The position numbers and the translations under genes are program-made. DNA of 60,807 nucleotides from Catajapyx aquilonaris (lineage: Eukaryota). Positions 1 to 12,088 of the stretch are shown here, piece by piece. The DNA lies in assembly GCA_000934665.2 (NCBI GenBank), contig JYFJ02002225.1, forward strand, positions 1-60,807. Reading direction: 5' to 3'. Within the stretch, counting starts at the first letter, position 1. The number at the start of each line of letters is the position of its first letter. A model generated the notes under the pieces. It had not been told where the DNA came from, searched no databases, and saw only the letters and a program-made list of their open reading frames with translations.

Positions 1-1522
1 ACACAGCAAGCCGAGACGTTACCATCACGGCCACCACACCTCCCCTTCGTCTCTTCATTATAGTTCATATATTCCTCTGCGTCTGATATCATCTGATAAG
101 CCATAAGGCCCACTTGTATCAGTTGTATCAAGGTTGTATCAAGTTATTAGCTCTTGGTTGTATGGATGTACTGTACTATACAATAAATAACATATGCTTA
201 TACAGGGCACTCAGGGGGCACCAAAGTAGAAGGCCGAGATAATGTGCAGGAGATCCTGCGGATGCCTCAGACATCCTCTTGGCTTATTTCTCTCCACCTC
301 GACAGGAGCTACTGACACTTGGTACAGTAGCCTACCTGAGTACGGTACTAAGTTTTATTAGCCCTCGACCTCGAACGAGCCCGACCAGAATCGCTGGGTC
401 ACCATATCTCATGTGGGAACTCCCCATATAACCCTTATGTAGCACATACACAGCACTTTACGTTCATCGTTATTAGGAAGAAAACTTGCAAATAAAAAAA
501 TAATATATCATCAAGTCACCTTACGACAGTTGGCACTGAGCAAATAATCTGTCTTTCAATTAGTCTACATCAGTTTTTGTAAACAAGCTCCTCTTGCATG
601 CAAATTACGTTTCCTGGCGTGTCTACATGGATTACAGGAATCCTGAGTCCCAGTGAAGTTAATGCGATTTTTAAATAATCAAGCACCACTCCAATGACGT
701 ACAGTAGTCCTGCATAATATATTAGGCAATGAATTTTACGCTTCCTCTATAGATCCCGCGCTATTATCGGATTTCCGATGCCGCGGGTCCTGTTAATTGG
801 CCAGAAGCATGCAGTGAAACGGTATGACTGATGCATCGCGATGGACAGACAGTGTCAATTCAGGATGACATCACCTTCTGTAATGCTGCTTTATATCAGC
901 AGCAATCTGCCTTTGTTTTTCCCACCATCTCTCCCCTACACGGGTAAGGTTCTGAACGCATCTGTCTTGATAGTATCGTACTCGCGATGATAATAATATT
1001 TTACAAACTTCACAAGTCTCCAAATTGTGTTGAATATGTTGGGAGAGAATTACCGTGCACGAAATTAATTTAATGGCAGAGATGATGAGAAGCTCCGTAT
1101 GAATCAGGCGTTGTGTTGGATGTTGTGCCTGGTTGTGGGCGCAATCGCAAAGAAGCCCACGCCCAGGCGGTAGTTGGTAGGCGTCCGGATCGATACGACT
1201 CCAGCGGTACCTTTGCCTGGTCCCGTGCGGAGGACGTTTCGTTTCTTTTAGGACAAAATCACTTCCTCGACAAAATAAGGGTATCCGACCCGGTCTCGCT
1301 TTGGAGGCGACGCCTGGCACCGGCTTTATGCGCGTCTGATGCTGGAAGGGTAAGCAGTTGATCCATTCAGACGCCGCAACATGCATTGACTCAAAATCTG
1401 TTTGGGTTGTTGTTGTTGTGATTTGGCCAGTTCATGTCACGTAACATCGTGTTAATTATGGTGGAGGCATTTATCTCCCGGCGTTTAAAATCTTATTCAT
1501 TTCCCACCAGCCCTATTAGGAG

Positions 1523-4500
1523 ATGTCTGTCAGTCCACATCCCCAGCTGGGACTGGCCCCAGCTGCCACAACAGATCAGCAGCAGCAGGCACCCCCTGGA
1601 ATAGTTGCAGCGGTACCAGCACCGGGAACAGCCACCCAGCAGACCCCAACCGTGGTTGCAACCCCAGCTCAGAGAGTCCTTCCAGTGGTTGCTTATATAG
1701 GGGCACATCCAGGAGCATCTGCCACCACACCAGTCGTAGTCACACCTACTACTCAGGTATCAGCACGAGTATCAGCATTTGTTAAAAGCAGGGGTCTGCT
1801 TTAGTTTGTGTACCACTATGTGTATTACCAAGGTATTACTCATCTCAAATTCATTCACTGGGGCATTTGGAAAATATTTATGTAAATAATTTACTCCTGA
1901 AAGGGCTGACAGCCCACCAGGGTAATAATAAATTGAAATTGAAATTATTTACATAATTTCAACTTTTTAAAATCCTTGAACAACATATCAGCATACAAGT
2001 GAAATCCACTGTCAAAATTCAAAATTTCGAATTATTTACACCAATAAGTGTCATTTATTATGCTCTAGCTCCTGGTCTAGTCCATTTAGTCCTAGCAGTT
2101 ATTCACAATGAACCATAAGGCCAGGATGTTCTGCTTTCACGAGCATGTAGTAAGCAAGCTCAAGTCTTTGTCTTTGATTATTATCTCAAAATGGGGTTTT
2201 GGACTTACTCTTAGTGTGTCTGGCTTGTATGCTGATAGTGTGCAGTGGTGGCCATATGTGTTTATAACGCAATGATGAATTTGTCTTCTGGAATATGACA
2301 GATCTTACTAGAGGACTTGCCATGAAGTAGAAACTGTGAGAGTCATTTTTGGGGTTGTGAATGCCTTTAAATATGTGGTTAGCAGTATGTAATCAAATTT
2401 TACTTTAAAAACTGTAGCAATTGGCTCATATATTTCTGATAGTAATGGTGTAATTGTGCTTGAACACTAATGAGGAGGCTGAGTGTGAAGAATGGAGGTC
2501 ACATAATTTTGCATGGTTTTTTTTTCTTTCTTTCTTTCTTTCTATATATATATTTTTTTTGAAGGATTGCTAGTGAAAAAGTTTTCTGAGCACTGATGCA
2601 AGAACATGTTTACAAATAACTTGTGATAATAAAAGCAACAGTTTTGAATTTCAAAATTAGAGGATAACGAGCTTGAGTTCTGATTTCTGATATATTTTGC
2701 AGTTGATTCCAGCTGAGCGTTCAGTCCAGTCAATTCAGCTAGCTCCTACACCCGCCTCTGCTCCTGCCCAAACAACAGTTGGCCCCACTCCTGCTCCAGG
2801 GCAACTGGTTCTTCCTTTTGGAGTTAATCAGAAGCGCACTATTGCTTACCTGAGTGTCTTTAAAGGAAATGCCACTGGTGCCAACCAAACTGCAATGGGT
2901 GCTCCCTTGGCTAATGCAAGTGGTTCAGGCACTACTTCTGAGCAAGAAGGAACAGCCACCATTTTGGTTCCCTTGGCTGTGACTCCAGTAGCCACAACTG
3001 GAACCAACCATATGATCAACTTTAAAATTTCCAATGGGCAGATACAACAAGAAGGAAGTGGAGGAGCAGTTGCAATGGATACAGACAAGAGGGCAAAAGT
3101 TGGCGCCACTGAACGGAGGATGTCAACTGCTGAACTTGACCGTTGCTTACAAGAGGCAGTAGCTGCCATATTTGCACCTGATGATGCTCCAACTCCACCA
3201 ACTCCTCCTGCTGTAGAAGAGAAGACTGAGGTTAAACCAGAAGTTAAGTTACAAGAGCCTGAGGCAAAATTAGAACCACCTGAATTGAAGCCTGCAAAGG
3301 AGTCCCAGGCAATGGATTCAAATACGAAGAAGCAGGCAAGAAACTTTTCACACAATTTTCTTGTAGTGTGAGGCTGTAGTTGTTATTTCCAGACATTAAG
3401 CATGTGTCCTAATTTCTCACCCTGACCTAAACTGTAGGCTTTTACTCTAATGCTGCTAATTTATCATGATCTTGAATTGGCCACATCTTGGTCATTTATG
3501 GTTGCAGCAGGTGGCAATGAATTTATAAATATTTTGTATGGTAATATAAAATTTGCTGTTTCTAATTTTTTTGCTGCCATTAATATTTGAAGACCTCGTA
3601 GGAAAAACGATCAAGATCCACCTCAGGTGAAACTGAGATATTCCAATTTCATATTTCAAAGGCCCATAAGGTTACATTGTATATCCCACTTTCGAGGCCT
3701 TCCATAGTAAACTATGATCATTACTCCACAACTACGACTAAACTATCATACTCTACACTAGTGACGCCATCTTCTGAGATATGTAACTCATTTTTGACAA
3801 AAAGTGGACCATCATCATTTTCCCCCCCAAGGTCTTCATTTGGTCTACTACATCCAATTGTCTTCAAACAACTTGTCACCTTAGCATTGTACATTTTTCA
3901 CATCTAGTGTTCCTGTACTTCTGCACAGTACTTGGCTGGAATTGAATGCTGAGATTTACATTTTTAACATTTTCTTCTTACAGGCTTCAGAGCCACAGTT
4001 ACCACGAGATATAAAACCAAAACTTCCAGACATGGGCAACTTTGATCCTATGAAAGCCCTGGACTGGAAGGATGGAATAGGGAGCCTGCCTGGGAGCAAT
4101 CTCAAATTCCGAGTTAATGATCTTGGCCTCATGGAGGTAGTGGATGAAGAGGAGACCCCTGTTTCTGACCCGAAAAAGGAGAGCAAATCCCTACTGTTAG
4201 GCCTCGGCCTGAAACAAAAGGAAGGTGATACTCCAGCTGTTAAGGAGGAACCCAAGGAGGAGCCAACTCCAAGTGTGAAAGAAGATCCAGCTCCAGCTCC
4301 AAAGGCATCCTCCAGAACTGCTTCAAAGGCTATAAAGACACGTACCGTTGTAGGTGCCTCAGATGACATCTACTGTTGTGAGGGTTGTGGATGCTATGGA
4401 CTATCATCTGAATTTGTTAATCGGCACTTCTGCAGCCACTCATGTGTCACAGCCTATGCAACCAAAAAGGCAGCCATGCTCAAGAAGGAGGCACCAAAGA

Positions 4501-7500
4501 AGACAAAACGTGCAGTAAAGAAGCCAGTTGCTACAACTCCAGAAGAGATGACACCAGTGCCAAGTGAGGATGAATCTGAAGCCCCTGCAGCAAAGCTTCC
4601 ATGGCAACTTGGTAAAACTGGGTTTGCGTGGATGAAGTACTTGGACCACTCCAAGTCAGTAGCTGCCCCCATCAAACTCTTTAAGGATGCATTTCCTTAT
4701 GCAAGGAATGGATTTAAGGTCTGTTAATAGGCTTTTCCCTTATCAAAAAGATATTCAGGCTGTTAGTTATTTTAAATGCACAGCAGGTAGGAATAGTATT
4801 TCTTTGTAGATGGAATATTTTGAATTTGTGCATTTGCATTGAAACTCATACAAGTTTCTAAATTGTGATCAAGTAATCTAAGGCAATTAGACCACTGGAT
4901 AGATTTTTATAAATCACAAGTTTTTGAAAGTGTATGTAAACTATGTGCATTGATTCTATTCATTGGACTCATTGCCAATCTTGGCTGCATCCATCTCATT
5001 AATGCAAATCATGTTTCTTGGTAGGTTGGTATGAAATTGGAAGGGATAGACCCTGAGCACCAATCCTTGTTCTGTGTGCTGACGGTTGCTGAAGTTCAAG
5101 GCTACAGACTTCGCCTCCACTTTGACGGCTATCCTTTCTGCCATGACTTCTGGGTCAATGCAGACTCACCTGATATTTTTCCTATGGGGTGGTGCGAACA
5201 CAGAGGATATCAGTTGCAGAGTCCAAAGGGATATATGGAGCCTGTTTTCAACTGGGCATCTTATCTCAAGCAGTGCAGGGCACAGCCTGCTCCGAAGCAT
5301 CTCTTCACCAACAGAGGTGTAAGTGTTTGGTGATTAGAATTTTCTCCCTTCTTTTGAACATGGTTTTTTAGAGCTCGAGGTGACCTTTTACAAGCAACTT
5401 CTGCACAATGTAATGGAAATATAATATCAGTAAATGACATTACAATATCCTGCAGCCTCCAGTGTGTCCAACAGGCTTCCGGACTGGGATGAAGCTAGAA
5501 GCTGTGGACCGCAAGAACTCCAGTCTTGTCTGTGTGGCCACTGTTGCTCAGGTGATGGAAGGTCGAATCCTAGTCCACTTCGACTCCTGGGATGACCTGT
5601 ATGACTATTGGGCAGATGTCACCTCACCTCACATCCATCCTGTGGGCTGGTGTACTCAGAACAATCGTGAACTCACCCCACCAAATGGTTGGGGGGGAGG
5701 AGAAGATGGTGAGGATGGGGTTGGAGGTCAGGGTAAAGTGTCCCCTCAAAAGGACTTCTGTTGGGAGGAGTATCTGAAGGCAACCCAAACTGTGGCTGCT
5801 CCATCAAGGGCTTTCAAACCAAGGGCTGCTATACCGTTCAGGCCTGGCCTCAAATTGGAGATAGTGGATCCCAGAAACCCAGTGCTCATCAGAGTTGCTA
5901 CTGTGATTGAGGTATTTCGTTATTTTATTCTTCCAGTACCGGGATAATTATTTAGGGCAGCAAAATGAGCGCCTGCCCACAGAGTTGCAGACTTGCAGCC
6001 GAGAGTTGCAGGAAGGTCGAGGGGTCCTGCAAGGGGACTTGCAGGCCAGCGTTCATTTTGCTGCCCTAAATGTCCAAATCTCTATTGAAAAAGTGCTTTT
6101 ACTGTTATTCATGTTATTCATATGTTGGGTTAGCTTGTGTCTCCCTTCATCGCTGACTACCCCTCATAGGGAAATGTCGTGATGTTGTTGTTGTTGTTGT
6201 CTACAAACCACAGTGAAAATTATTCCATACCATGGCAGGTCCAATCTTATTCATGTGTGCAACCTTAATGATAATGCGCATCATTATAGTCAAAATATAG
6301 TATTACAAAAGGGAAAGTTTGTCGATTTTATGCTCATTTCATTTTGTCGATTTTATACCCATTTATGAATAAGGAAAGTTTGTTTGTGCAGGTTTAGTTA
6401 CCATGGCAACTGGTTTACTATGGTTGAACAATGATTGTTGTTGGTTACGTTCCCATGGAAACAGGCCTTGCAAGAACAGGTTCTGCTGCTAGTAATAAAT
6501 ATAATACATGGTGCAAAGCATCAGTGAGCTTGAGGAAATTGGTGATACTCGCTTGAAAGATATTATAGAGCAGCATTTTGTACGCCTCTTTGTGCTAGAG
6601 GGGCAAAGAAGGAGCATTTGTCTGTCATTAATATTTCATGTGCTATTACACATACCTGGTTCATTTGTATGACTACATTTTAATAATTGTTCTGCAGGTA
6701 GGGGAATTCCGAGTAAAGATCCACTTTGACGGATGGCCAGATCAGTTTGACTTCTGGACGGATGATGATCACCCTGACCTCCACCCTGTTGGCTGGTGTC
6801 GTAAGACCTCCCATGTTTTGGAACCACCCCCAACGGACGAGGAAATGTCTGGGTCAAGTCCTGCTGTCACAGGCTGTCCAACTCCAGGGTGCAAGGGCAT
6901 AGGGCATGTCAAAGGTGCAAAGTTCACCACACACCACAGCTCCCAGGGATGTCCATATGCCCCTCACAATCTAGACAAAGAAGGGTTGATACCTGATAGG
7001 ATTGAAGGAAGGATTCTGGACCAAGAGCCAGAGGAGCTGTTGCTAAACCCAGATCCGGAACCACCACGGAAGAGAAGAAAACGTGGGGGTATCAAGGGAG
7101 AGGAAATGACCCCCCCTCCACTCCCACCTCCAGCATACAATCCCAGTGTGCAAGGTAAGTTACCTTCTGGGAAACTTTCTAATAACATTAGCGCCCATTT
7201 TTTGAAAACTTTCGTAGTTTCCCTCATGGAACCCAAATCATAGTTATACCCCTAGTCAGTGGCATATTACCAAATAGGCCGAGTAGGCACATGCCTAGGG
7301 CGGCAAATTTTAGGGGGCAGCCAATTTCATGGAGGCGGAAAATTTTATTGAGGAGAAAATTTTGATGCATGCTAAAATATGTAATAACGGGGAGGCGAAG
7401 TGGCGCTGCGGCAACGTATGCGCCCGCGGATGTTAAGGTCCCGGGTTTGATCCCAACCCGGGGTTCCCCCCTTCATCTCGCGCAGAGTAAGACCGTCTCT

Positions 7501-9615
7501 GGCTTCGTTTCGGGTGGCGATCCTTCCACATATGCCACCCGGGGGAGTTCACAAAACGGCACATCAACGTCTGTGCACACGCACTTTGCACATCCCCTCC
7601 CAGTTTTCCCTGCCCGTGGGTCCGGGCGTATTCAAAAATAGACAACAGCCCTTTCCCTCCAATGGTGGTAATCCATCCCCCTATAGACGAAACAGGTCAT
7701 CATGGGGTACTTCAAAAAAAATAAAAATAAATAAAATGTAATAACTTATATGGTGTCACTGGTCATGTGCCACCCCAAGATGAATCGCCCGAGGCCCAAG
7801 ACCAGTAAGGGCAAAAGTCGTGTGCACCCTGCCCCCGAGGACAGTGGGGATATGTGCAGGATCTGCGCACGACTTTCATCGGCTGATTCACCTTGGAGCA
7901 GCATCTGCTATATTATTAATACCCTACTGTGATGGCGATTCCTCCTGCTGTGTATGGCCTACAGCATTGGAAGTGATGTCAAAATTTAGCCTGCGTGTCC
8001 TATATTTGCAGTGAACTTTTTTTTCTTGGAAATAGTGTCCAGGGAATTTATAAAACACAAAAAACGCCAACCGCCTTAAAAAATCAACCACCACGGAGTT
8101 CCCATAAACACAGTTCTGGCCGCAGGCGCTACCTCCACACCATCTTACTTCGGTACTTCGCCGTCGGATGTCGCTGCCTGGTCCGTGTCGCTCTCTCTCT
8201 CTCTCCCTCTCCACTTTCGCAATTTTGCCTAATTTTGGCAAGTTGGTGGCTAGTAAAAGTGTAAACCCGAGATGAAATTCACTGGATTTTGATAAGTACT
8301 ACTTACTAGGAGTATCCATTACCCAAAATATAACATATCTTTTTTTTTTTTTAAATGACCATTTTCGAGATATTTGGCCTTAAAATCAGCAAATTTCGGA
8401 ATAAAATCAGCCAGGAGTGGGGGGATAAGGCAATGCCTAGGGGTGGCAGAAACCTAAATACGTCACTGCCCCTGGTTATACTGTACAAGATCTCAATTAA
8501 TCCCCTTCAACTGTATGCGTGAGTAGTTACCCAGGGTGTGCATCCTAAGGCCTAGCCCTAAAAGGAATATTTTTGCTGCTGCATCTGGACAAAATCTGAA
8601 GCTTCATTTTGCCAAATAGTATTAGTTAAGTTTACTGGAATACCTATTGTACTGAATAATACCCTTTTGTTGTGTTAAAGATGAGCAGAAACTTCGAAGG
8701 GACGTGCACAACTCAGTATTCTGCCCAGGATACCATCCAGATCCAGAGAAGGCAAGAAAAGGCCAGATGCCCTGGACCAGGCACAGTAAGACCATGAGTT
8801 TAGTAATTGAGAGCCTTCGAGGACCCCAAGTGCTCAGGTGGAATCCAGAACAGGTAGCTGATTTTATTAAAGGAATCCCTGGGTGTGAGAAGTCAGCCAC
8901 TCTCTTCAAAGAGGAGGTAATTATTCAAAGAATGTTGACAGACTCTTTGCCATGTAGCCAAACCCATGTCCTCGAATTGTAATGGTATTTGGTCAAAATA
9001 TCAGTACGTGGAAACTATTCAAGTCTTAGTGAATAATTAATTGCCCTGCAGTACATCATGGCATTTCTGGAAGCTATCAATTCCAGCTTGCTCTCCCCAC
9101 ATCCATTAGTAACAATGCATTGTCTTAAAAACTACCTTGTAAGTCAGTATGACACAAGTCATAAAGTGGATGAAAACGTAGGTACCATCAGTCCAAAAAG
9201 AACTTTCCCAGTCATCCTGATGTGTGTGCTGCCCGCTCGACACACACCATGTAACTTACATGGTGTGTGTCAAGCGGCCAGCCCACACGTCAGGATGACT
9301 GGGAAAGTTCTTTTTGCACTGTTGATACCAAGAATTCATAGATCCATATGACCTTGATGAATGTAACCTCACATTCAATCACTGAATCAATCTGGGCTAC
9401 AACACAATAACACATGGAAATAACTTCAATATAAGTAATTGTGTCACAGTAATGCATGGACTATATTCAGGTTGATGTGTTTCATTTTTCAGGTGATAGA
9501 TGGAGAAGCACTCTTATTGATGAACCAGAATGATATGGTGAAAATCCTGGGAGTCAAACTGGGACCTGCAATCAAGATTTTTAACTGCATCACCATCCTC
9601 AGGCATCGACCATAA
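1523..9615 (+). CDS. l(3)mbt: Lethal(3)malignant brain tumor-like protein (FCS Zn finger, 3 MBT repeats, C2HC Zn finger, SAM domain)
   Basis: Phase-consistent exons: 1523-1756, 2703-3335 (GC donor), 3984-4718, 5025-5318, 5456-5911, 6698-7154, 8681-8916, 9493-9615. Motifs: FCS finger CEGCGC...HFCSHSC; MBT repeats GMKLEGIDP..HFDGY, GMKLEAVDRKN..HFDSW, GLKLEIVDPRN..HFDGW; C2HC finger CPTPGCKGIGH..HHS..GCPY; SAM WNPEQVADFI...IDGEALLLM...KLGPAIKI. AATAAA at 9733. A non-coding first exon probably ends near 1349 (G|GTAAGC). Confidence 0.93.
5954..6066. mobile_element. Short MITE, PIF/Harbinger (Tourist)-like
   Basis: TIR GGGCAGCAAAATGA ... TCATTTTGCTGCCC flanked by TTA/TAA; internal TTGCAG repeats; lies in an l(3)mbt intron. 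Confidence 0.6.
7257..8468. mobile_element. Non-autonomous hAT-type DNA transposon
   Basis: Termini CAGTGGCATATT ... AATACGTCACTG; near-perfect 8-bp TSD CCCCTAGT (7249-7256) / CCCCTGGT (8469-8476); subterminal ATGCCTAGGG motif near both ends. Confidence 0.75.
7389..7735 (+). mobile_element. tRNA-derived SINE nested in the hAT element
   Basis: A-box-like TGGCGCTGCGG, B-box-like GGTTTGATCC, A-rich tail, 10-bp TSD ATGTAATAAC (7379-7388 and 7736-7745). Confidence 0.75.
9181..9329. repeat. Near-perfect palindrome / hairpin MITE in the last l(3)mbt intron
   Basis: Arms of about 74 bp (GGTACCATCAGTCCAAAAAGAACTTTCCCAGTCATCCTGA... / ...TCAGGATGACTGGGAAAGTTCTTTTTGCACTGTTGATACC) centred at 9255 with a 1-nt spacer. 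Confidence 0.8.
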
Positions 9616-10133
9616 CTTGCCAATTTAGAGCCTGCACATCTGGGACATTGGATCACATACGCTTAGGAGTGTAGCTGTGATTGTGCAACAGTTGTGCAGT
9701 TATATGTTGACTTCGCAATTTGTTTAATGTGAAATAAAAGTGTCATTTTCTATTCTGCATTTAGTAATTAGTGATAACATTAATCTTTATGTGTGTGTGT
9801 GTGGGGAGAGAGAGAGAGAGATGTCAGAGGTGGAAAGTTGCAGCAGCATGGTGGGTACTCTATGTTGCCCACAAATCCAAGCACAAATCCCATGTAAGCA
9901 GTGCTTGCACAGTTGTAACATTTATGTTATATCTGGATTCAACTGTATAATTGTTTTATGTAACAAAAACCTGTTAACTACAGAACATTTCTGTGGAATT
10001 GACCCCACTACAGGCAGATTTTTTCAATTCATCACATCCTGTGATCCCGATCATGATGGTAGTACTGGTATTGTTGTAAAGACCCTATTCTTGCACATGC
10101 CAGAGGTCAAAGCTTCTTATTTTGTTGACAGTA

Positions 10134-10274
10134 AAAATCCCTATATCCTTACCTCATGTCCTTTCATCCTTGCACCGGAGTTAGAAGAAAAAATCAGAAA
10201 ATTGAAGGAAAAATGGTGGTATTCCACCCCCTATAAGGGCCTATGCCCCTATCACGGGGTAACGTTAAAAAAAA
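10134..10274 (+). mobile_element. 5'-truncated retroposon (SINE/LINE 3' end)
   Basis: 15-bp TSD ATTTTGTTGACAGTA (10119-10133 and 10275-10289), oligo-A tail, and a 3' tail resembling the SINE at 7389-7735. Confidence 0.7.
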
Positions 10275-10328
10275 ATTTTGTTGACAGTAGCTGTGAGTAT
10301 GTTGTGGATTTTGAATGGATAGTTCCAA

Positions 10329-10366
10329 TAGTATAGTATAGTATAGTATAGTATAGTATAGTATAG
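10329..10366. repeat. (TATAG)n microsatellite, possibly the tail of a minus-strand retroposon fragment
   Basis: About 7 tandem TATAG units. Confidence 0.75.
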
Positions 10367-11894
10367 TGTGGAATCAGGCAATGTATAGGTAGGCAGTCAT
10401 TTAAAAAATTTCCAACCTCATATAATGCCACTCCATAGGGGCATAGAGTGTTATAACAGTCTCCCATTTCTGTGACCCAAACACACTGATAATTTGTGTG
10501 CATACTAGCATACATTCATGTCAACTGACGTTAAATATACATGTAGGTTTTACAATCACGTCTGCGAAATTGTCAGTGCAACTGAAAGAGTAAATTAGAG
10601 TCTTATCATCAATATTTGCCAATGTGCATGCCGTTTGATGTCAAATGAACAATCAGTCACATTTAGATTGAAAGATCCTTAGGCATTACTGTTATACTAA
10701 TACTGGCCATGACACTAGAATACACGAGAGATGATTTTGGGATTGCTGTGCTGCTTCTGTAATCAAGGCCTGGGCATGTGGGTTGTGACTGATTAATACC
10801 AGCCTGATGCATCACTACATAGTGTTTACCAGATGTTTGAGGACCATTTGGTTATATGAATGGAGGAATCATGTGTTTGTAGTCATGTTTCAAGGAATTG
10901 CTGCGGAATTATTGGCTCAAATTACTTCTGATGACTGCACTTGTGAATAATCCACCATTGACCTATTAGGCCTATATGACAAGTTCTCTTGCATGTTGTA
11001 GTGACTAAGAGCACTTCCTCAAATACGGAATTTAACATAACACGGGATTTTACCGTTTAGACCCATCTTGACATACCGGTATATTAGTTGCAGCGAATTC
11101 GTAATTGATCACCTCAGTGTTTCGAAGCCTATACTGCACCCATAATAATTCATCGCCACTCTGAAATTTTTCTAAATGTATAAGTAGCGATAAAACTTTC
11201 TTATGCTGTCTCGTATTGACCAACATATTTATTTGAGGGAGTAGTCTCATTGAAACATTCCAGTAATCGAATTCATAAACCTGCTGGTAACAGGGATTTC
11301 GTTTTTATGAGCACGCATCTTTTTGGCATTTTCGATTTTCCAAAGCTGCGGGTCTCCCCTCGTAACTTTACTGATGTCTTCGTGACTCAAGGTCCAAGGG
11401 GCCGTTAATAAATTAATAATAATAATAATATGACCTACGTTACTAAATGGGTGTCCCGGGCTCTGCCCGGGCTGTTAGCTTCGCGTAGGTATGACTAACC
11501 GTAATGCATGACTAACTAAGGCCCAGATGCATAAAGTCTAATTAAGGCATTACCTTGCATAATTATTCTGGCACAAAAGGCGGGAAAAATTACATATTTC
11601 CCCTCAGTTCATTTCATACAAAGTTTTTGCAGGAAAAAAGTGGGAACTTTCTCTGTAACTCATTTAAGCTGATTTAAATTTTTTTGCATTGTCGGCTCTT
11701 TTCAGTACTAAACATTTGTGAATACATTCTGCTACATATGTACTATTACACGTATGTACTACGTATCGTACTGGTCGTTCGAGATGGCCAGGTGGACTGT
11801 AGGCCTACCTGGTCATCGCTGGTAGCCCCATCTTGATGGGAATATGCCGTGAAGGAAATGTATGAATGTATGTATGTATGTATGTATATATGTA

Positions 11895-12088
11895 CACCCG
11901 CGAGCATAAAGATGGAGACGGCAGGCTGCTCGGCCAATCTCAGCAATTATGGTATCAAATATACTGTCATAAATACACGGACACACGCCTGATGCAGCTA
12001 ACTCAGTCCAAAAATAGTTCATTAATTTGAGTCGGATAAAGAAATGTCAAAAAAGGGCCTGCCGTCTCCATCTTTATGCTCGCGGGAG
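11895..12088. mobile_element. Tc1/mariner-type MITE
   Basis: TIR of about 32 bp, CACCCGCGAGCATAAAGATGGAGACGGCAGGC / GCCTGCCGTCTCCATCTTTATGCTCGCGGGAG, flanked by TA on both sides; inserted beside a (TATG)n tract. Confidence 0.8.

Noticed and set aside
871..1386. 171-aa minus-strand ORF and scattered splice-like signals in 1-1250
   Set aside because: No recognisable domain, and I could not build a phase-consistent gene model; it overlaps the probable l(3)mbt promoter and first exon. A divergent gene here is not excluded.
2846..4675. Minus-strand ORFs antisense to l(3)mbt exons
   Set aside because: Shadow ORFs of low-complexity coding exons.
9740..10336. 198-aa plus-strand ORF downstream of l(3)mbt
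   Set aside because: Begins just after the polyA signal, runs through GT/GA microsatellites and a retroposon insertion, and has no motif.
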